Shown here one piece after another: positions 1 through 8,986 of a DNA stretch of 64,000 nucleotides. Numbering within the stretch: position 1 is the first letter of the stretch; every line of letters starts with the position of its first letter. The stretch is from the NCBI GenBank assembly GCA_017434825.1, contig JAFSGC010000012.1, positions 3,012 to 67,011 on the forward strand, in the 5' to 3' direction. A program made the translations under genes and the position numbers. A model generated the notes under the pieces. That model was not told the DNA's origin and did not search any database. It was given only the letters and a program-made list of their open reading frames with translations. The stretch is from Bacilli bacterium. GTDB taxonomy: Bacteria > Bacillota_I > Bacilli_A > RF39 > UBA660.

Positions 1-854
1 TTTCCATAAATTAACATATGATGTGGACAATTCATAGGTCTTAAAACAAACTCTTCTTCATCAACTTTCATTGATGGGAACATATTTTCTTTATAATGAT
101 CCCAATGTCCTGAAGTTTTATATAAATCTACAGTTCCAACGCATGGAGTATAAACGTGTTTGTATCCTAATTTTTGTTCTTTTTCATAAATGTAGTTTTC
201 TAAATTTTTACGAACTATAGCTCCATTTGGTAACCATAATGGCATACCTTTTCCTACTAAGTTATGTGACATAAAGATATTTAAATCTTTACCTATCTTA
301 CGATGATCTCTTTCTTTCGATTCTTCTAATTCTTTTAAATATTCATTTAAATCTTCTTCATTTTCAAAGCAAACACCATAAATTCTTTGAAGCATTTTAT
401 TTTTGGCATCACCTTTCCAATATGCTCCACTAAATTTAATTAATTTAAAGAACTTTAATTCTTTAACAGTATCTACGTGAGGTCCACGACATAAGTCAGT
501 AAAATCCCCTTGAGTATAGCAACTAATATTTGTACCTTCTTCAAAGTGGTTAATTAAATCCAATTTATATGGATCATTCTTAAATCTTTCTAAAGCCTCT
601 TCTTTTGAAATTTCTTCGCGATAAATTCTCTTACCATCTTTAGAAATTTTCTTCATTTCTTTTTCAATTTTTTCAAGGTCTTCTTCCTTGATTGCTTCGT
701 CACCTAAATCAATATCATAGTAAAAACCTTCTTCAATTACAGGTCCTACCCAAAATAATGCATTTGGATATAAATGCTTAACTGCTTGTGCCATTAAGTG
801 AGCACAGCTATGATTCATTAATGATAATCTTTCATCTTCTAAAATTTTTTTCAT
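1..854 (-). CDS. thrS: threonine--tRNA ligase, N-terminal ~284 codons (rest of gene runs off the left window edge)
   Basis: My own minus-strand translation from ATG 852-854; the ORF is absent from the track because it stays open to the window edge. It reads MKKILEDERLSLMNHSCAHLMAQAVKHLYPNALFWVGPVIEEGFYYDIDL...LRPMNCPHHMLIY. It shows the HSxxH editing-domain motif and the start of the class II core. A T-box with a Thr-type specifier lies upstream. Confidence 0.9.
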   Translation of the reverse strand, partial: MKKILEDERLSLMNHSCAHLMAQAVKHLYPNALFWVGPVIEEGFYYDIDLGDEAIKEEDLEKIEKEMKKISKDGKRIYREEISKEEALERFKNDPYKLDLINHFEEGTNISCYTQGDFTDLCRGPHVDTVKELKFFKLIKFSGAYWKGDAKNKMLQRIYGVCFENEEDLNEYLKELEESKERDHRKIGKDLNIFMSHNLVGKGMPLWLPNGAIVRKNLENYIYEKEQKLGYKHVYTPCVGTVDLYKTSGHWDHYKENMFPSMKVDEEEFVLRPMNCPHHMLIYG

Positions 855-1198
855 TATTTTAATACCTTTCCTTCCTTTAATGATTCTATTTTTCCTTCTA
901 CTTCTTCAATTACCATTCCTAAGGCTTCTTGAATCGCAGGAGTGTTATCTCCATATTTATCTGCGTCTCTAATTAAATTAAGAGACACGCGGGTTCGATA
1001 TAACCCAAACAATTCATTTTCTAACAAAGCTTCGTCTATACTAGCTGCATATGCATTTTGTTGTCTAATTGCTTTCTTCACTGTTTTAACAGCAACTTTA
1101 CAAGCTTCAATCAATTCTGAATTATCTTTATTTTCTTTAACAATTTGATCTAATGTTGCAAGCGTTAATTTAAAATCAGCAACTATATGAGAATCCAT
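854..1198 (-). CDS. small cytoplasmic protein, possibly UPF0358/YlaN-like
   Basis: 114-aa ORF with a strong SD (ggaaggaga) 4 nt before the ATG. Its stop overlaps the thrS ATG (TAATG). The segment IDEALLENELFGLYRTRVSLNLI resembles the YlaN core ([22 protein letters not shown]) as I remember it. Confidence 0.6.
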   Translation of the reverse strand: MDSHIVADFKLTLATLDQIVKENKDNSELIEACKVAVKTVKKAIRQQNAYAASIDEALLENELFGLYRTRVSLNLIRDADKYGDNTPAIQEALGMVIEEVEGKIESLKEGKVLK

Positions 1199-1213
1199 TT
1201 TTATCTCCTTCCT

Positions 1214-1410
1214 AAAATAAAAAAGATGATACCTTAAGGAGTAATTTCTTACGGTACCATCCTTTATTTAACTTAATTTATATAACGGCTTTTAACCGGG
1301 ATTTATTAATCCTCTCAAAAAGTAGTAATTATTAAACTATTAATTAACTTCCACCAACCGTTAACTCTCTAGATAAATCATTTAATAATCATGTCTTTTC
1401 TCATCGATTT
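1214..1410 (-). promoter_or_regulatory. T-box leader (tRNA-Thr responsive) with intrinsic terminator
   Basis: Seen on the minus strand. There is a GA/K-turn-like ATGA, an AGAGAG bulge, a GGTTGGTGG distal loop, and a candidate specifier ACU followed by A (1323-1326). The conserved T-box sequence GGATGGTACCGTAAG sits at 1249-1263 and overlaps the 5' arm of a terminator hairpin followed by a U-run. A TATAAT -10 lies at 1416-1421. Confidence 0.8.
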
Positions 1411-1455
1411 ATGGCATTATAATATCACTAATTTGTATTTTTGCCAAGTCTTATT

Positions 1456-1950
1456 TTAGATTGTTCCACACTCTAATTCTTTAGCATAATCGTATTTATA
1501 CTCAATTTCCAAATTCTCTTTAATTTTATCTATCTTAATTAAATGCAATACAATATGCTTTTTACACCAGCCACAACTATTGTTAATCTTAAATGAAACC
1601 GTTATTTTATCACCAATTACTACATCTTCTACGTCCATGAATTTTGACTCACCACATGGATCATGCTCCTGAAACGAAACAATATAATAATTATTTTCAA
1701 AATTATCTATAGTTAAATTTTCTTCGATATCATATAACTTAACTAAATCTAAGTAATCATAATAATTTTTAATAATATGATCCTTGTATCCAGTTATTTT
1801 ATCTTTTTCACCAATATCATATGCTAAAGAGTTCATACTTTTAATAATTGTCCAAACTCCTAAAGCTACAAGTGCCACACTTAAAACTACCACTAGAATG
1901 GTTACACTAACTTTAACAAATATAGGATTTTTTGCTTTAACTCTACTCAT
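1456..1950 (-). CDS. membrane-anchored hypothetical protein
   Basis: 164-aa ORF with a basic N-terminus, one TM helix (ILVVVLSVALVALGVWTII) and a Cys-containing exodomain (CGESK, CGWCKK). No family recognised. Confidence 0.65.
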   Translation of the reverse strand: MSRVKAKNPIFVKVSVTILVVVLSVALVALGVWTIIKSMNSLAYDIGEKDKITGYKDHIIKNYYDYLDLVKLYDIEENLTIDNFENNYYIVSFQEHDPCGESKFMDVEDVVIGDKITVSFKINNSCGWCKKHIVLHLIKIDKIKENLEIEYKYDYAKELECGTI

Positions 1951-2042
1951 CTATCATCACATTAATATTTTATCATCAAAAGAATAATAATTAAAGTTTT
2001 TAAAAACAAAAAAACGACTTTAAAAGTCGTTTATAATCAATT

Positions 2043-2119
2043 TGGTGGAGAATAAGGGACTCGAACCCTTGACCCCCTGCGTGCAAGGCAGGTGCTCTAG
2101 CCAACTGAGCTAATTCCCC
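2043..2119 (-). tRNA. tRNA-Ala (anticodon UGC)
   Basis: The reverse complement is GGGGAATTAGCTCAGTTGGCTAGAGCACCTGCCTTGCACGCAGGGGGTCAAGGGTTCGAGTCCCTTATTCTCCACCA. It folds as a cloverleaf with the G3:U70 Ala identity pair, anticodon loop CUUGCAC, and an encoded CCA. Confidence 0.95.
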
Positions 2120-2181
2120 AAATGACTTAATTATCTTACCATACAAATTTCAGATAATCAAGTATTTTTTTAGTAAACTTG

Positions 2182-2391
2182 CTATTTTTTTACAACAGTA
2201 ACTAAGCCTTTATCAACTTCTTCTAACGCACGGCCTAATTCCTTCTTGTTTTTATACTCTTCTTCCTTCATTTGATAATGATCATATTCCAGCATTTGTT
2301 TACTTCTTTTTGAGGCGACATGTACTAGTAAATATTTTGAATCAACCTTCGTTAAGATTTTATCTACAGATGGATATAACACTTCTATCAA
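2182..2391 (-). CDS. rpoZ: DNA-directed RNA polymerase subunit omega
   Basis: 69 aa. The pattern YPSVDKILTKVDSKYLLVHVASKRSKQM matches the RpoZ signature (PSid.Ll....sRY.Lv..aakRArql). Confidence 0.85.
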   Translation of the reverse strand: MIEVLYPSVDKILTKVDSKYLLVHVASKRSKQMLEYDHYQMKEEEYKNKKELGRALEEVDKGLVTVVKK

Positions 2392-2479
2392 CTCCTTACA
2401 ATAATATCATACCCAATTAGGTGTAAAGAGTTCAATAGACTATGTCAAATTTTGACGTCTCTTTTACAAAAAATGTCAA

Positions 2480-2851
2480 CTAAGATAAAATCTTAGTTTT
2501 TATTTTGCCATCGCTTAATGTGATTCTTACCTTTAATTCATTTAAAACCTTAACATCACTGCTAGGATCTTTCACATTACCATGATCGTCATCCGGTATA
2601 ATATATCCATTTTCAACAAGGTCATTAACCGTTACATAAATAGTATCCTCTTCTTCAAATAACTCTAAATTCTTTTCTCCGTAAATTTGAGCCATCTTAT
2701 TAATCGAATCTAATTTAGACTCTAAAAGAGCTTTACCATCATCCATAACAAACGCATAACTTATTTTATTTACAGCTATAAAGTATACCGCAGTAAACAC
2801 TAGCATAACTCCCAAAGCAATATATAACATTAAATTTTTTGATTTCATCAT
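2480..2851 (-). CDS. membrane-anchored hypothetical protein
   Basis: 123 aa with an N-terminal TM helix (LMLYIALGVMLVFTAVYFIAV) and SD gggagg. Its start overlaps the stop of the upstream ORF. Confidence 0.65.
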   Translation of the reverse strand: MMKSKNLMLYIALGVMLVFTAVYFIAVNKISYAFVMDDGKALLESKLDSINKMAQIYGEKNLELFEEEDTIYVTVNDLVENGYIIPDDDHGNVKDPSSDVKVLNELKVRITLSDGKIKTKILS

Positions 2852-3840
2852 TTTGCCTCCCTTTCGCTATGCCCCTTCAAATTCCAAGAAGGATAATCCA
2901 ACGCTAAATTTTCTACCAAATTCATAAATTTATTTTTATGTTTTTTATTATTGAATTCAAAATATGTATCAATTAAACTAGATAAAATATTTTTAGCAGA
3001 TTCTTTATTAAGTTGATAATTTGTTAAGTAAGGTATAAGTACGTATTTGTTAACAATTTTTTGGCTTCCCTTTTCTACATAATAATTTCGATTAATAAAC
3101 TTCATTAACTTTTTATAACTTTTATATTTAGCCATGTAGGAAAAATCATGTATAGTAGCTAGTTCTTCATTAGTAAATACCGCATAGTCAGTAGCCTTAT
3201 TAAGAATAGTCTTACATTCTTTTAAAGATTTAATAACATTACTAGCAATATATATTTTCTTCTTTTTATTATCTTCGTAGAATTTAAATTCACCATAGAA
3301 GTTTGCAATATCTTTGATTCTAACTAAAGCATCTTCTTTAGTTAATTTATACTTCTTAGAATAAGATTCATAAAACTTGTTATAATCTATTGTTCCATAT
3401 ACATCAATAAATCCAAGTATCAATTTATATTCTTCAGTATTCTCTTTAACTTTACTAATAACTTTTTTATTATTTAGTTTGTTTTTAAAAGAATCTAATA
3501 ATTCTTTAGGTAAGTAAAATGTTTTATTATCACTAATTACTAATTTATTTCTTTCCATATGTCTCATAAAATCAAGTAACAAATGATTTACACGAATAGT
3601 AATTTTACCTTTTTTCTTTACAAATAATTTTATATTATGGAATTCATCAATTTGAAATAAATCTAATGTATGTTTAACTATATGATTTACATTTTCTAAA
3701 ATTAAATCAACATAAACTTGTTTCTTACAATTCTTCTTATACTCAAGATGAAAAGTATCTAAAACACCCATTAGTTCATTTTTATTTAATTTTTCTAAAT
3801 AGTCCTTATATGTTAATATCTTATTATCCTGTTTTGCCAT
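2848..3840 (-). CDS. hypothetical protein
   Basis: The ORF track gives 2848..3876. I moved the start to the ATG at 3838-3840 (MAKQDNK), which sits behind SD aagggag. The protein is Lys/Asn-rich and I recognise no family. Confidence 0.65.
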   Translation of the reverse strand: MAKQDNKILTYKDYLEKLNKNELMGVLDTFHLEYKKNCKKQVYVDLILENVNHIVKHTLDLFQIDEFHNIKLFVKKKGKITIRVNHLLLDFMRHMERNKLVISDNKTFYLPKELLDSFKNKLNNKKVISKVKENTEEYKLILGFIDVYGTIDYNKFYESYSKKYKLTKEDALVRIKDIANFYGEFKFYEDNKKKKIYIASNVIKSLKECKTILNKATDYAVFTNEELATIHDFSYMAKYKSYKKLMKFINRNYYVEKGSQKIVNKYVLIPYLTNYQLNKESAKNILSSLIDTYFEFNNKKHKNKFMNLVENLALDYPSWNLKGHSEREAK

Positions 3841-3887
3841 AACTACTCCCTTAATAATTATACCACAAAAAGGCAAAATATATAGAC

Positions 3888-4466
3888 TTAATTATGCATC
3901 GTTTCAAGAAGTTCTACTTCTGCTTTCTTTACAAAGTAATCGTTATTTTTTATTGGAATATTATACTTTTTAAAGATATTTTTCATTGATTCAAGATCTT
4001 TATATATTCTTTTTCCATCTTTATCTTGCTCTAATTCTATGTAGATGTGTTTATTATTAACAAATTGTACAGCAAACTCAACCTCATCATTTGCATATAC
4101 TTTTATATGATCATTTATTTTAATTAAAGAATGATAGTTAATACCTTCGAAAAACTCAATTGCTTCCTTAACAGAATATACTTGACACTTTACCTGACTT
4201 TGGCTAACAATTTCTTTTTTATCATTATACTCTTTTTGCTTATAAACAATTTGTTTGACATCTATATTTTCATTAATAATATTACGAATAATGACACAGC
4301 CTTTTAAAATTTCTAAACAATCAGTTGCACTACAATCATTTTTAATCATATAAATATCATTATAATCAACTTCTTCGATTAACTTAAAATTATTACTCTC
4401 CAATATTTCATTAAGATTTTCAACTGTAGTATTTACCTCTACAGTAATTTCATTTGCTTCTTTCAT
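3888..4466 (-). CDS. hypothetical protein, weakly CYTH/CyaB-like
   Basis: 192 aa with SD aagaggt. An alternating beta-strand pattern with charged residues (EITVEVNTTV, HIYIELEQDKDG) is reminiscent of triphosphate tunnel (CYTH) proteins. This rests on motif impression only. Confidence 0.6.
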   Translation of the reverse strand: MKEANEITVEVNTTVENLNEILESNNFKLIEEVDYNDIYMIKNDCSATDCLEILKGCVIIRNIINENIDVKQIVYKQKEYNDKKEIVSQSQVKCQVYSVKEAIEFFEGINYHSLIKINDHIKVYANDEVEFAVQFVNNKHIYIELEQDKDGKRIYKDLESMKNIFKKYNIPIKNNDYFVKKAEVELLETMHN

Positions 4467-4475
4467 AGTTACCTC

Positions 4476-5364
4476 TTATTTATTATTACCTATTATTAAA
4501 TCTTCTTCAACATATTTATATGATAAAGCATTATCTTTACTAACTACATTTTCACCTAGATTTTTTCTAGTTCATCCCTAGCAACTTTTGCAGTACGTCC
4601 ACCTAATTTAGCAACTTTCTTATTTTGTTCTAATCCTAATGGTCTATGTTTCTTAGCAAGTTCTCTTGTTGCTATTTCGCCTAAGTCAGCAAGTGCCACT
4701 TCAATATCGGTCATATTATCTCTTAAAGATTCTTTTCTTAAACCCTTATATTGTTTATACTGTTTTGCAGTAAATCCAGACCACTCTTTATATATTTCAT
4801 TAGTAAGTATTGCATATTCAACCTCTTCCGTTACTCCATTACTATTCCATACATCAGTTAATTTTTTTCTATCTTGAATTCCTTTAATTCTTTTAATAAT
4901 CCAATCTTCATCATAACCTTTAGCACGATAAGTATCTATTGCTCTTTGACAGTAATTGAAGGATCAAATACTTCATCAATTCGTTCTTTACCTAATCTAG
5001 CTAACCATAATTTCATAGGTTCTGCATTAGGACTTGGAATAGATTCTATTATTCTAAACATACCTTCAATATCGACAACATCTGTTGAACGATATTTACC
5101 ATCTTGAGCTTTTAGTTTCAACTGGTTACAATTTGTAACCGTTTCATTTCCTTCTTTTTTCAATCTATGTTTTAATACTTTCCAATAGTTTCTAGAATCT
5201 TGATAATCATTTTCCATCAAAGCATTAACAATATCTATAACACTTATATAATACTTTTCTTCATCTTTGTTCCATACTGTTCTAATAGTTTTATCGTTAA
5301 ACATCTTATTTATTAAATGCATTTGTGCTTCTTTCACCGCTATCAAACCTCCCTTTATTAGCAC
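4476..5364 (-). pseudogene. BRO-N / DinD-like (antirepressor-type) gene disrupted by two frameshifts
   Basis: The N-terminal frame (track ORF 4936..5364) carries a Bro-N-like segment (KTIRTVWNKDEEKYYISVIDIV...PNAEPMKLWLARLGKERIDE) and ends at TAG 4936-4938. A second frame continues with RAIDTYRAKGYDEDWIIKRIKGIQDRKKLTDVW...GGRTAKVARDELEK up to TAG, next to a 6-nt homopolymer at 4561-4566. A third frame continues with NLGENVVSKDNAL... to TAA 4476-4478. Confidence 0.7.
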
Positions 5365-5420
5365 ATTGTAAACATAACTTTAACACGCGTACATTCGTTT
5401 GTCAAAAGGCTTTTTGCACC

Positions 5421-5447
5421 AAAAGAAAAATCTCCAAACGGAGATTT
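5421..5447 (-). terminator. intrinsic terminator after the cotD-like gene
   Basis: Hairpin aaatctcc-gttt-ggagattt followed by a T-run on the minus strand, 2 nt after the stop codon. Confidence 0.7.
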
Positions 5448-5448
5448 C

Positions 5449-5739
5449 TTAACAACATCTTTGATCAAATACGTTTTCAACAACATTTTCTTCACAGCTT
5501 GTATAACAAGGAGTAAATGTATGACGATAAACGTGGTGATTAATAATTCTAGTATTACATGGTTTAATATGTGGAACATCATAACAAATATAACGATGAC
5601 ACACTCTTTCTTCAGGACATTCATAAACCGGCATTGATGGACAACACCCAGCCCCCATTTGCATTCCTGCACTCTCCATATTATTCATATCACCCGCAGG
5701 CATTGTTTCCATATTTTGACAACGATAATCAAAATTCAT
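5449..5739 (-). CDS. CotD-family spore coat protein-like, Cys/His-rich
   Basis: 96 aa. VCHRYICYDVPHIKPCNTRIINHHVYRHTFTPCY fits the CotD pattern (v.vPHihP.ht....hh.y.H.f.p). SD aaaggagga is present. Confidence 0.7.
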   Translation of the reverse strand: MNFDYRCQNMETMPAGDMNNMESAGMQMGAGCCPSMPVYECPEERVCHRYICYDVPHIKPCNTRIINHHVYRHTFTPCYTSCEENVVENVFDQRCC

Positions 5740-5830
5740 TTTGATAAAATCCTCCTTTTGTTTTATCCTATTCGAAAGACTTTATCGTGACTAGACGTTT
5801 GCACATTTTTTAATTACTTAATCAATTTTA

Positions 5831-6844
5831 TTAGAAAACGTTAGTTACATTATTTATACTTTCTTCCACTTCTTGCCAAACATCATCCCTTTTATCTATA
5901 CTAATAAAAATACGTTTTGATAAAGCCGCTTTGAAATCTCCACCAAAGGAATCTGTTAAGCAAGAATTTCTAACAAAATATTGATAATATTCTTCAATTA
6001 ACGCTTTATCTACGCGATTAGCAAACGTAACATCTACAGAGAAATGATAATTTTCATAATTTGGCATATTTCTAAAATTATTGATAATCTTAACCAAATC
6101 ATCTTTTAATTGAGTTTTACTCTTTAAATATTCTATCGGAATAATTAAGTTTAATTGTGTATATTTGTTGTCCGCATTTACCATCATTAAAGATACTACA
6201 TTACCGCCAAAATACTCATTTAAAAAACTTTGATAATTTAATTTGTCAGCAGCTTTAAGCTTGTTATAATTATCATAATATTCTCCATTAACCCAATTAA
6301 AAGTACCTTTTATTAAATAAGGATAATTAGATAATTTAAATAATACAACATCATAATTATCGCCGCCCTCATTAGCAGTGTTACATCTATTAATTATTTC
6401 ATAATTTGAACCATACAAGATTTCTAATTTTTGATTGATTATATTAGTATATTGCCTATTTTTCATATTAAAACCCAACACACAAACCAAAATAATAATC
6501 GGAACTTGAAGATAATTTAGCATATGTAAAATTTTCATAAAAAATGAAATTTCAACTTTTTTCTTTTTCATTTTGTTCACTAAGATAATTGATACTATTG
6601 AAAAGCCAACAGAAACAAAAAATGGAATACTCAATACAATAAAAGATAAAAAAATCGCCAGCGCATAATTTGGGTCATTAGAATTGTAATACGATTTAAA
6701 TATCGAAATCAATCTACTCAGCACAATTAAAAATAAAACAAACGAGATTATTGACTTAGAATATATCGCTGCCGCATTGTTCTCATTTTCATCAAAATTA
6801 TTTGTTTTATTATCCAAAACTTCATCAATTTTTTTATTTTCCAT
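5831..6844 (-). CDS. polytopic membrane protein with a C-terminal soluble domain, hypothetical
   Basis: The track ORF is 5831..6895. I moved the start to MENKKIDEV (ATG 6842-6844), behind SD aagagg. The N-terminal half has about 4 TM helices. No family recognised. Confidence 0.65.
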   Translation of the reverse strand: MENKKIDEVLDNKTNNFDENENNAAAIYSKSIISFVLFLIVLSRLISIFKSYYNSNDPNYALAIFLSFIVLSIPFFVSVGFSIVSIILVNKMKKKKVEISFFMKILHMLNYLQVPIIILVCVLGFNMKNRQYTNIINQKLEILYGSNYEIINRCNTANEGGDNYDVVLFKLSNYPYLIKGTFNWVNGEYYDNYNKLKAADKLNYQSFLNEYFGGNVVSLMMVNADNKYTQLNLIIPIEYLKSKTQLKDDLVKIINNFRNMPNYENYHFSVDVTFANRVDKALIEEYYQYFVRNSCLTDSFGGDFKAALSKRIFISIDKRDDVWQEVEESINNVTNVF

Positions 6845-6910
6845 AATAAACCTCTTACTTTTTATAAGTATAGCAAATCTACAAATTTCTAACAATAAAA
6901 AAAGGCAATT

Positions 6911-7531
6911 TTACTTGCCTTTCTTTTCGTCTGCTTTTAATACTTTCATTGTGTTGAAATAATATTGACAACCACTTACTAAACTTAATACAGTACCAAT
7001 AATTAAACAGAATGTTGTAACATCTAATGGAATCAATTCAAATGGTAAATTACCAAAGAATGCAAGCGTTGTACCAGTCATCATAAATACAGTTTTAATT
7101 TTACCAGTCCATGATGCTGCAACAACTTTTCCTTTATTACCAGAAACCATCTTACAAGTATCTGTAATAATATCTCTTGTAATAATAACTACTGGAACTA
7201 AAAGTGGAATAATATGATCATAAGCTAAGATAATTAATACACCATTAACTAAAATCTTATCTGCTATAGCATCAAGCATTTTTCCTAAGTCAGTAACTAA
7301 ATTTCTCTTACGAGCAATTTGACCATCAATTCTATCTGTTAAGCTAGCTATTAAGAATAAAACACCAGTAACGATATATTTAAGACTTAATGGTGATCTT
7401 AAAGTAATTCCAAACACACTATCATAAGCTGGCCAAACTACGCCAAGCGCATGCCAAGGAATAACTAACATAATTAATATAATGATTGCTAAAATAATTC
7501 TTGAAACTGTAATTTTATTTGGTAAATTCAT
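6911..7531 (-). CDS. pgsA: CDP-diacylglycerol--glycerol-3-phosphate 3-phosphatidyltransferase
   Basis: Carries the CDP-alcohol phosphatidyltransferase motif DRIDGQIARKRNLVTDLGKMLDAIADK. It starts MNLPNKITVSRI and is a multi-TM protein. Confidence 0.9.
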   Translation of the reverse strand: MNLPNKITVSRIILAIIILIMLVIPWHALGVVWPAYDSVFGITLRSPLSLKYIVTGVLFLIASLTDRIDGQIARKRNLVTDLGKMLDAIADKILVNGVLIILAYDHIIPLLVPVVIITRDIITDTCKMVSGNKGKVVAASWTGKIKTVFMMTGTTLAFFGNLPFELIPLDVTTFCLIIGTVLSLVSGCQYYFNTMKVLKADEKKGK

Positions 7532-7540
7532 ACTTCTAAC

Positions 7541-8011
7541 CTACTTTCCATAACTTATTGCATTTGCCGATTGATTATTAACAGTAATTTGTTTTACGCT
7601 CCAGAAAACTGCTAAGATAATCGATAAGACAAGCAATATATATACTACCAAGTATAATCCATTTTTAACTTTCTTTTCTCTTCGAGTATATGGAGATATA
7701 ATCTTCTCCACTTCTTCATTTTTTTTATTTTCACTAATTTGTTTTTCAATCTCTTTTATAGGAATTCTTGATGTAGCCTCAAAAATAAATTCATTAAATT
7801 CATCAATTATCTTATCAGCATCTAATCCCAAATATTTTGCATAATCTGCAATATAGCTTTTAAGCACAAAAACATCTGAGAATGCCCCAGATTTTCCATC
7901 CTCAATATTTTCTAAGATTGCTTCATCAATTTCTAAATCTTCACTAACTTCCTTTAATGATACACCGGCTGCTTCCCTAGTGAGTAAAAAGAGATTTCCA
8001 ATTTCTTCCAA
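7541..8011 (-). CDS. RodZ/YmfM-like HTH membrane protein
   Basis: Has an N-terminal XRE-type HTH and one TM helix near the C-terminus (LYLVVYILLVLSIILAVFWSV). It lies directly upstream of pgsA, as ymfM(rodZ)-pgsA does in B. subtilis. Confidence 0.7.
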   Translation of the reverse strand: MEEIGNLFLLTREAAGVSLKEVSEDLEIDEAILENIEDGKSGAFSDVFVLKSYIADYAKYLGLDADKIIDEFNEFIFEATSRIPIKEIEKQISENKKNEEVEKIISPYTRREKKVKNGLYLVVYILLVLSIILAVFWSVKQITVNNQSANAISYGK

Positions 8012-8037
8012 GAAAATTCACTCCTTATATAAAAATA

Positions 8038-8380
8038 ACAATATCTTGTAAGCCATGTTCTGTGCTTCTTTCGAAACGGCAAACATTTATCTATGCATTT
8101 GCATCCAATCTCCAGTTCAATTTCCTTCAATCAGTTCCCCTACCAAAATTTGGGTTTCTCACTCGCGGGGTTTACCACGTTCCACTTCTTTTATTTCTAA
8201 AAGACTCGTCTCTTTGGCACTTTTATACTTACTCATTTCATTTTCAGAAATTTTTAGAGCCGTTAGTTAAAACTACCCTAAGTTATTTGTTCCTTAGGCG
8301 CGAAAACTACATTCATCTCAGAATGTGTGAGCATGGACTTTCCTCTACAAATTAATTATTGCAGCGTTTGCCCAGATATT
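8038..8380 (-). ncRNA. rnpB: RNase P RNA, type B (Bacillus-like)
   Basis: The minus strand contains GAGGAAAGTCCATGCTC, GTGGAACGTGGTAAACCCCGCGAGTGAGAAACCCAAATTTTGGTAGGGGAAC and ACAGAACATGGCTTACAAG. All are near-identical to conserved blocks of B. subtilis RNase P RNA. P1 pairing is AATATCTGG / CAAGATATT. Confidence 0.9.
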
Positions 8381-8720
8381 ATTCATTCTTACCATATACA
8401 ACTTTTTCAAGTTGACTAATTCTTCGTAGAAGGTCAATATTCGTTACTGATTTTTGGTTATTAGCAGCATCTTCAGCACTTTCAAGTTCAGCTTGAAGAC
8501 GTCTAATTTCTTGTTTTAATGTATAATTATCTTCATTTAAATCTTTAACTTTTTTATCTAAACTTCTAATGATATTATTGTATTCAGTATAATCTCTAAT
8601 AATCATGTCTAAATACTTATCAACCTCTTGAGGACGATATCCTCTTGCATCAATTTTAAAATCATGTTCTAAAATTTCTTGAGGCGTTAAATAAATCTTA
8701 TCGTTATACATTTTCCACAC
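8379..8720 (-). CDS. gpsB: cell-cycle protein GpsB (DivIVA-domain)
   Basis: 113 aa. LTPQEILEHDFKIDARGYRPQEVDKYLDMIIRDY is the GpsB/DivIVA N-terminal domain, followed by a coiled coil. It neighbours rnpB and recU-ponA as in B. subtilis. Confidence 0.85.
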   Translation of the reverse strand: MWKMYNDKIYLTPQEILEHDFKIDARGYRPQEVDKYLDMIIRDYTEYNNIIRSLDKKVKDLNEDNYTLKQEIRRLQAELESAEDAANNQKSVTNIDLLRRISQLEKVVYGKNE

Positions 8721-8753
8721 CTTCTAACGAAAAAATTATAGCAAAGTGTGTCA

Positions 8754-8918
8754 CTATTTGTCAAGGTCAGCAAGTTTCTGAAAATCTAGCAAAATATCCG
8801 CAAAATCAAGCTCTAAAAGCATTTTATTCAAGATAAAATCTATATCCATTTTAGTATCACCAGTATTATAATACTTATGAAAATTTTCATTTTCAATAAT
8901 ATCGACAAAGTCAGTCAT
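8754..8918 (-). CDS. possible 54-aa acidic small protein
   Basis: My own reading gives MTDFVDIIENENFHKYYNTGDTKMDIDFILNKMLLELDFADILLDFQKLADLDK. It is below the track threshold, has a weak SD, and could be non-coding. Confidence 0.3.
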   Translation of the reverse strand: MTDFVDIIENENFHKYYNTGDTKMDIDFILNKMLLELDFADILLDFQKLADLDK

Positions 8919-8986
8919 AAATTTCACAACTTTTTTAATTTAATGTCAGTTAACATTTTCATATTTATTTGGTATAATTTATAAAG

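Noticed and set aside
5358-5672. 104-aa same-strand ORF overlapping the cotD-like gene in another frame
   Set aside because: It overlaps a gene with a recognisable family signature, an SD and a terminator. Its own sequence is low-complexity and hydrophobic, with no SD, so it is a likely frame shadow.
8055-8355. Two plus-strand ORFs (71 and 97 aa) in the rodZ-gpsB spacer
   Set aside because: The whole interval is RNase P RNA on the opposite strand, with conserved GAGGAAAGTCCATGCTC and other blocks.
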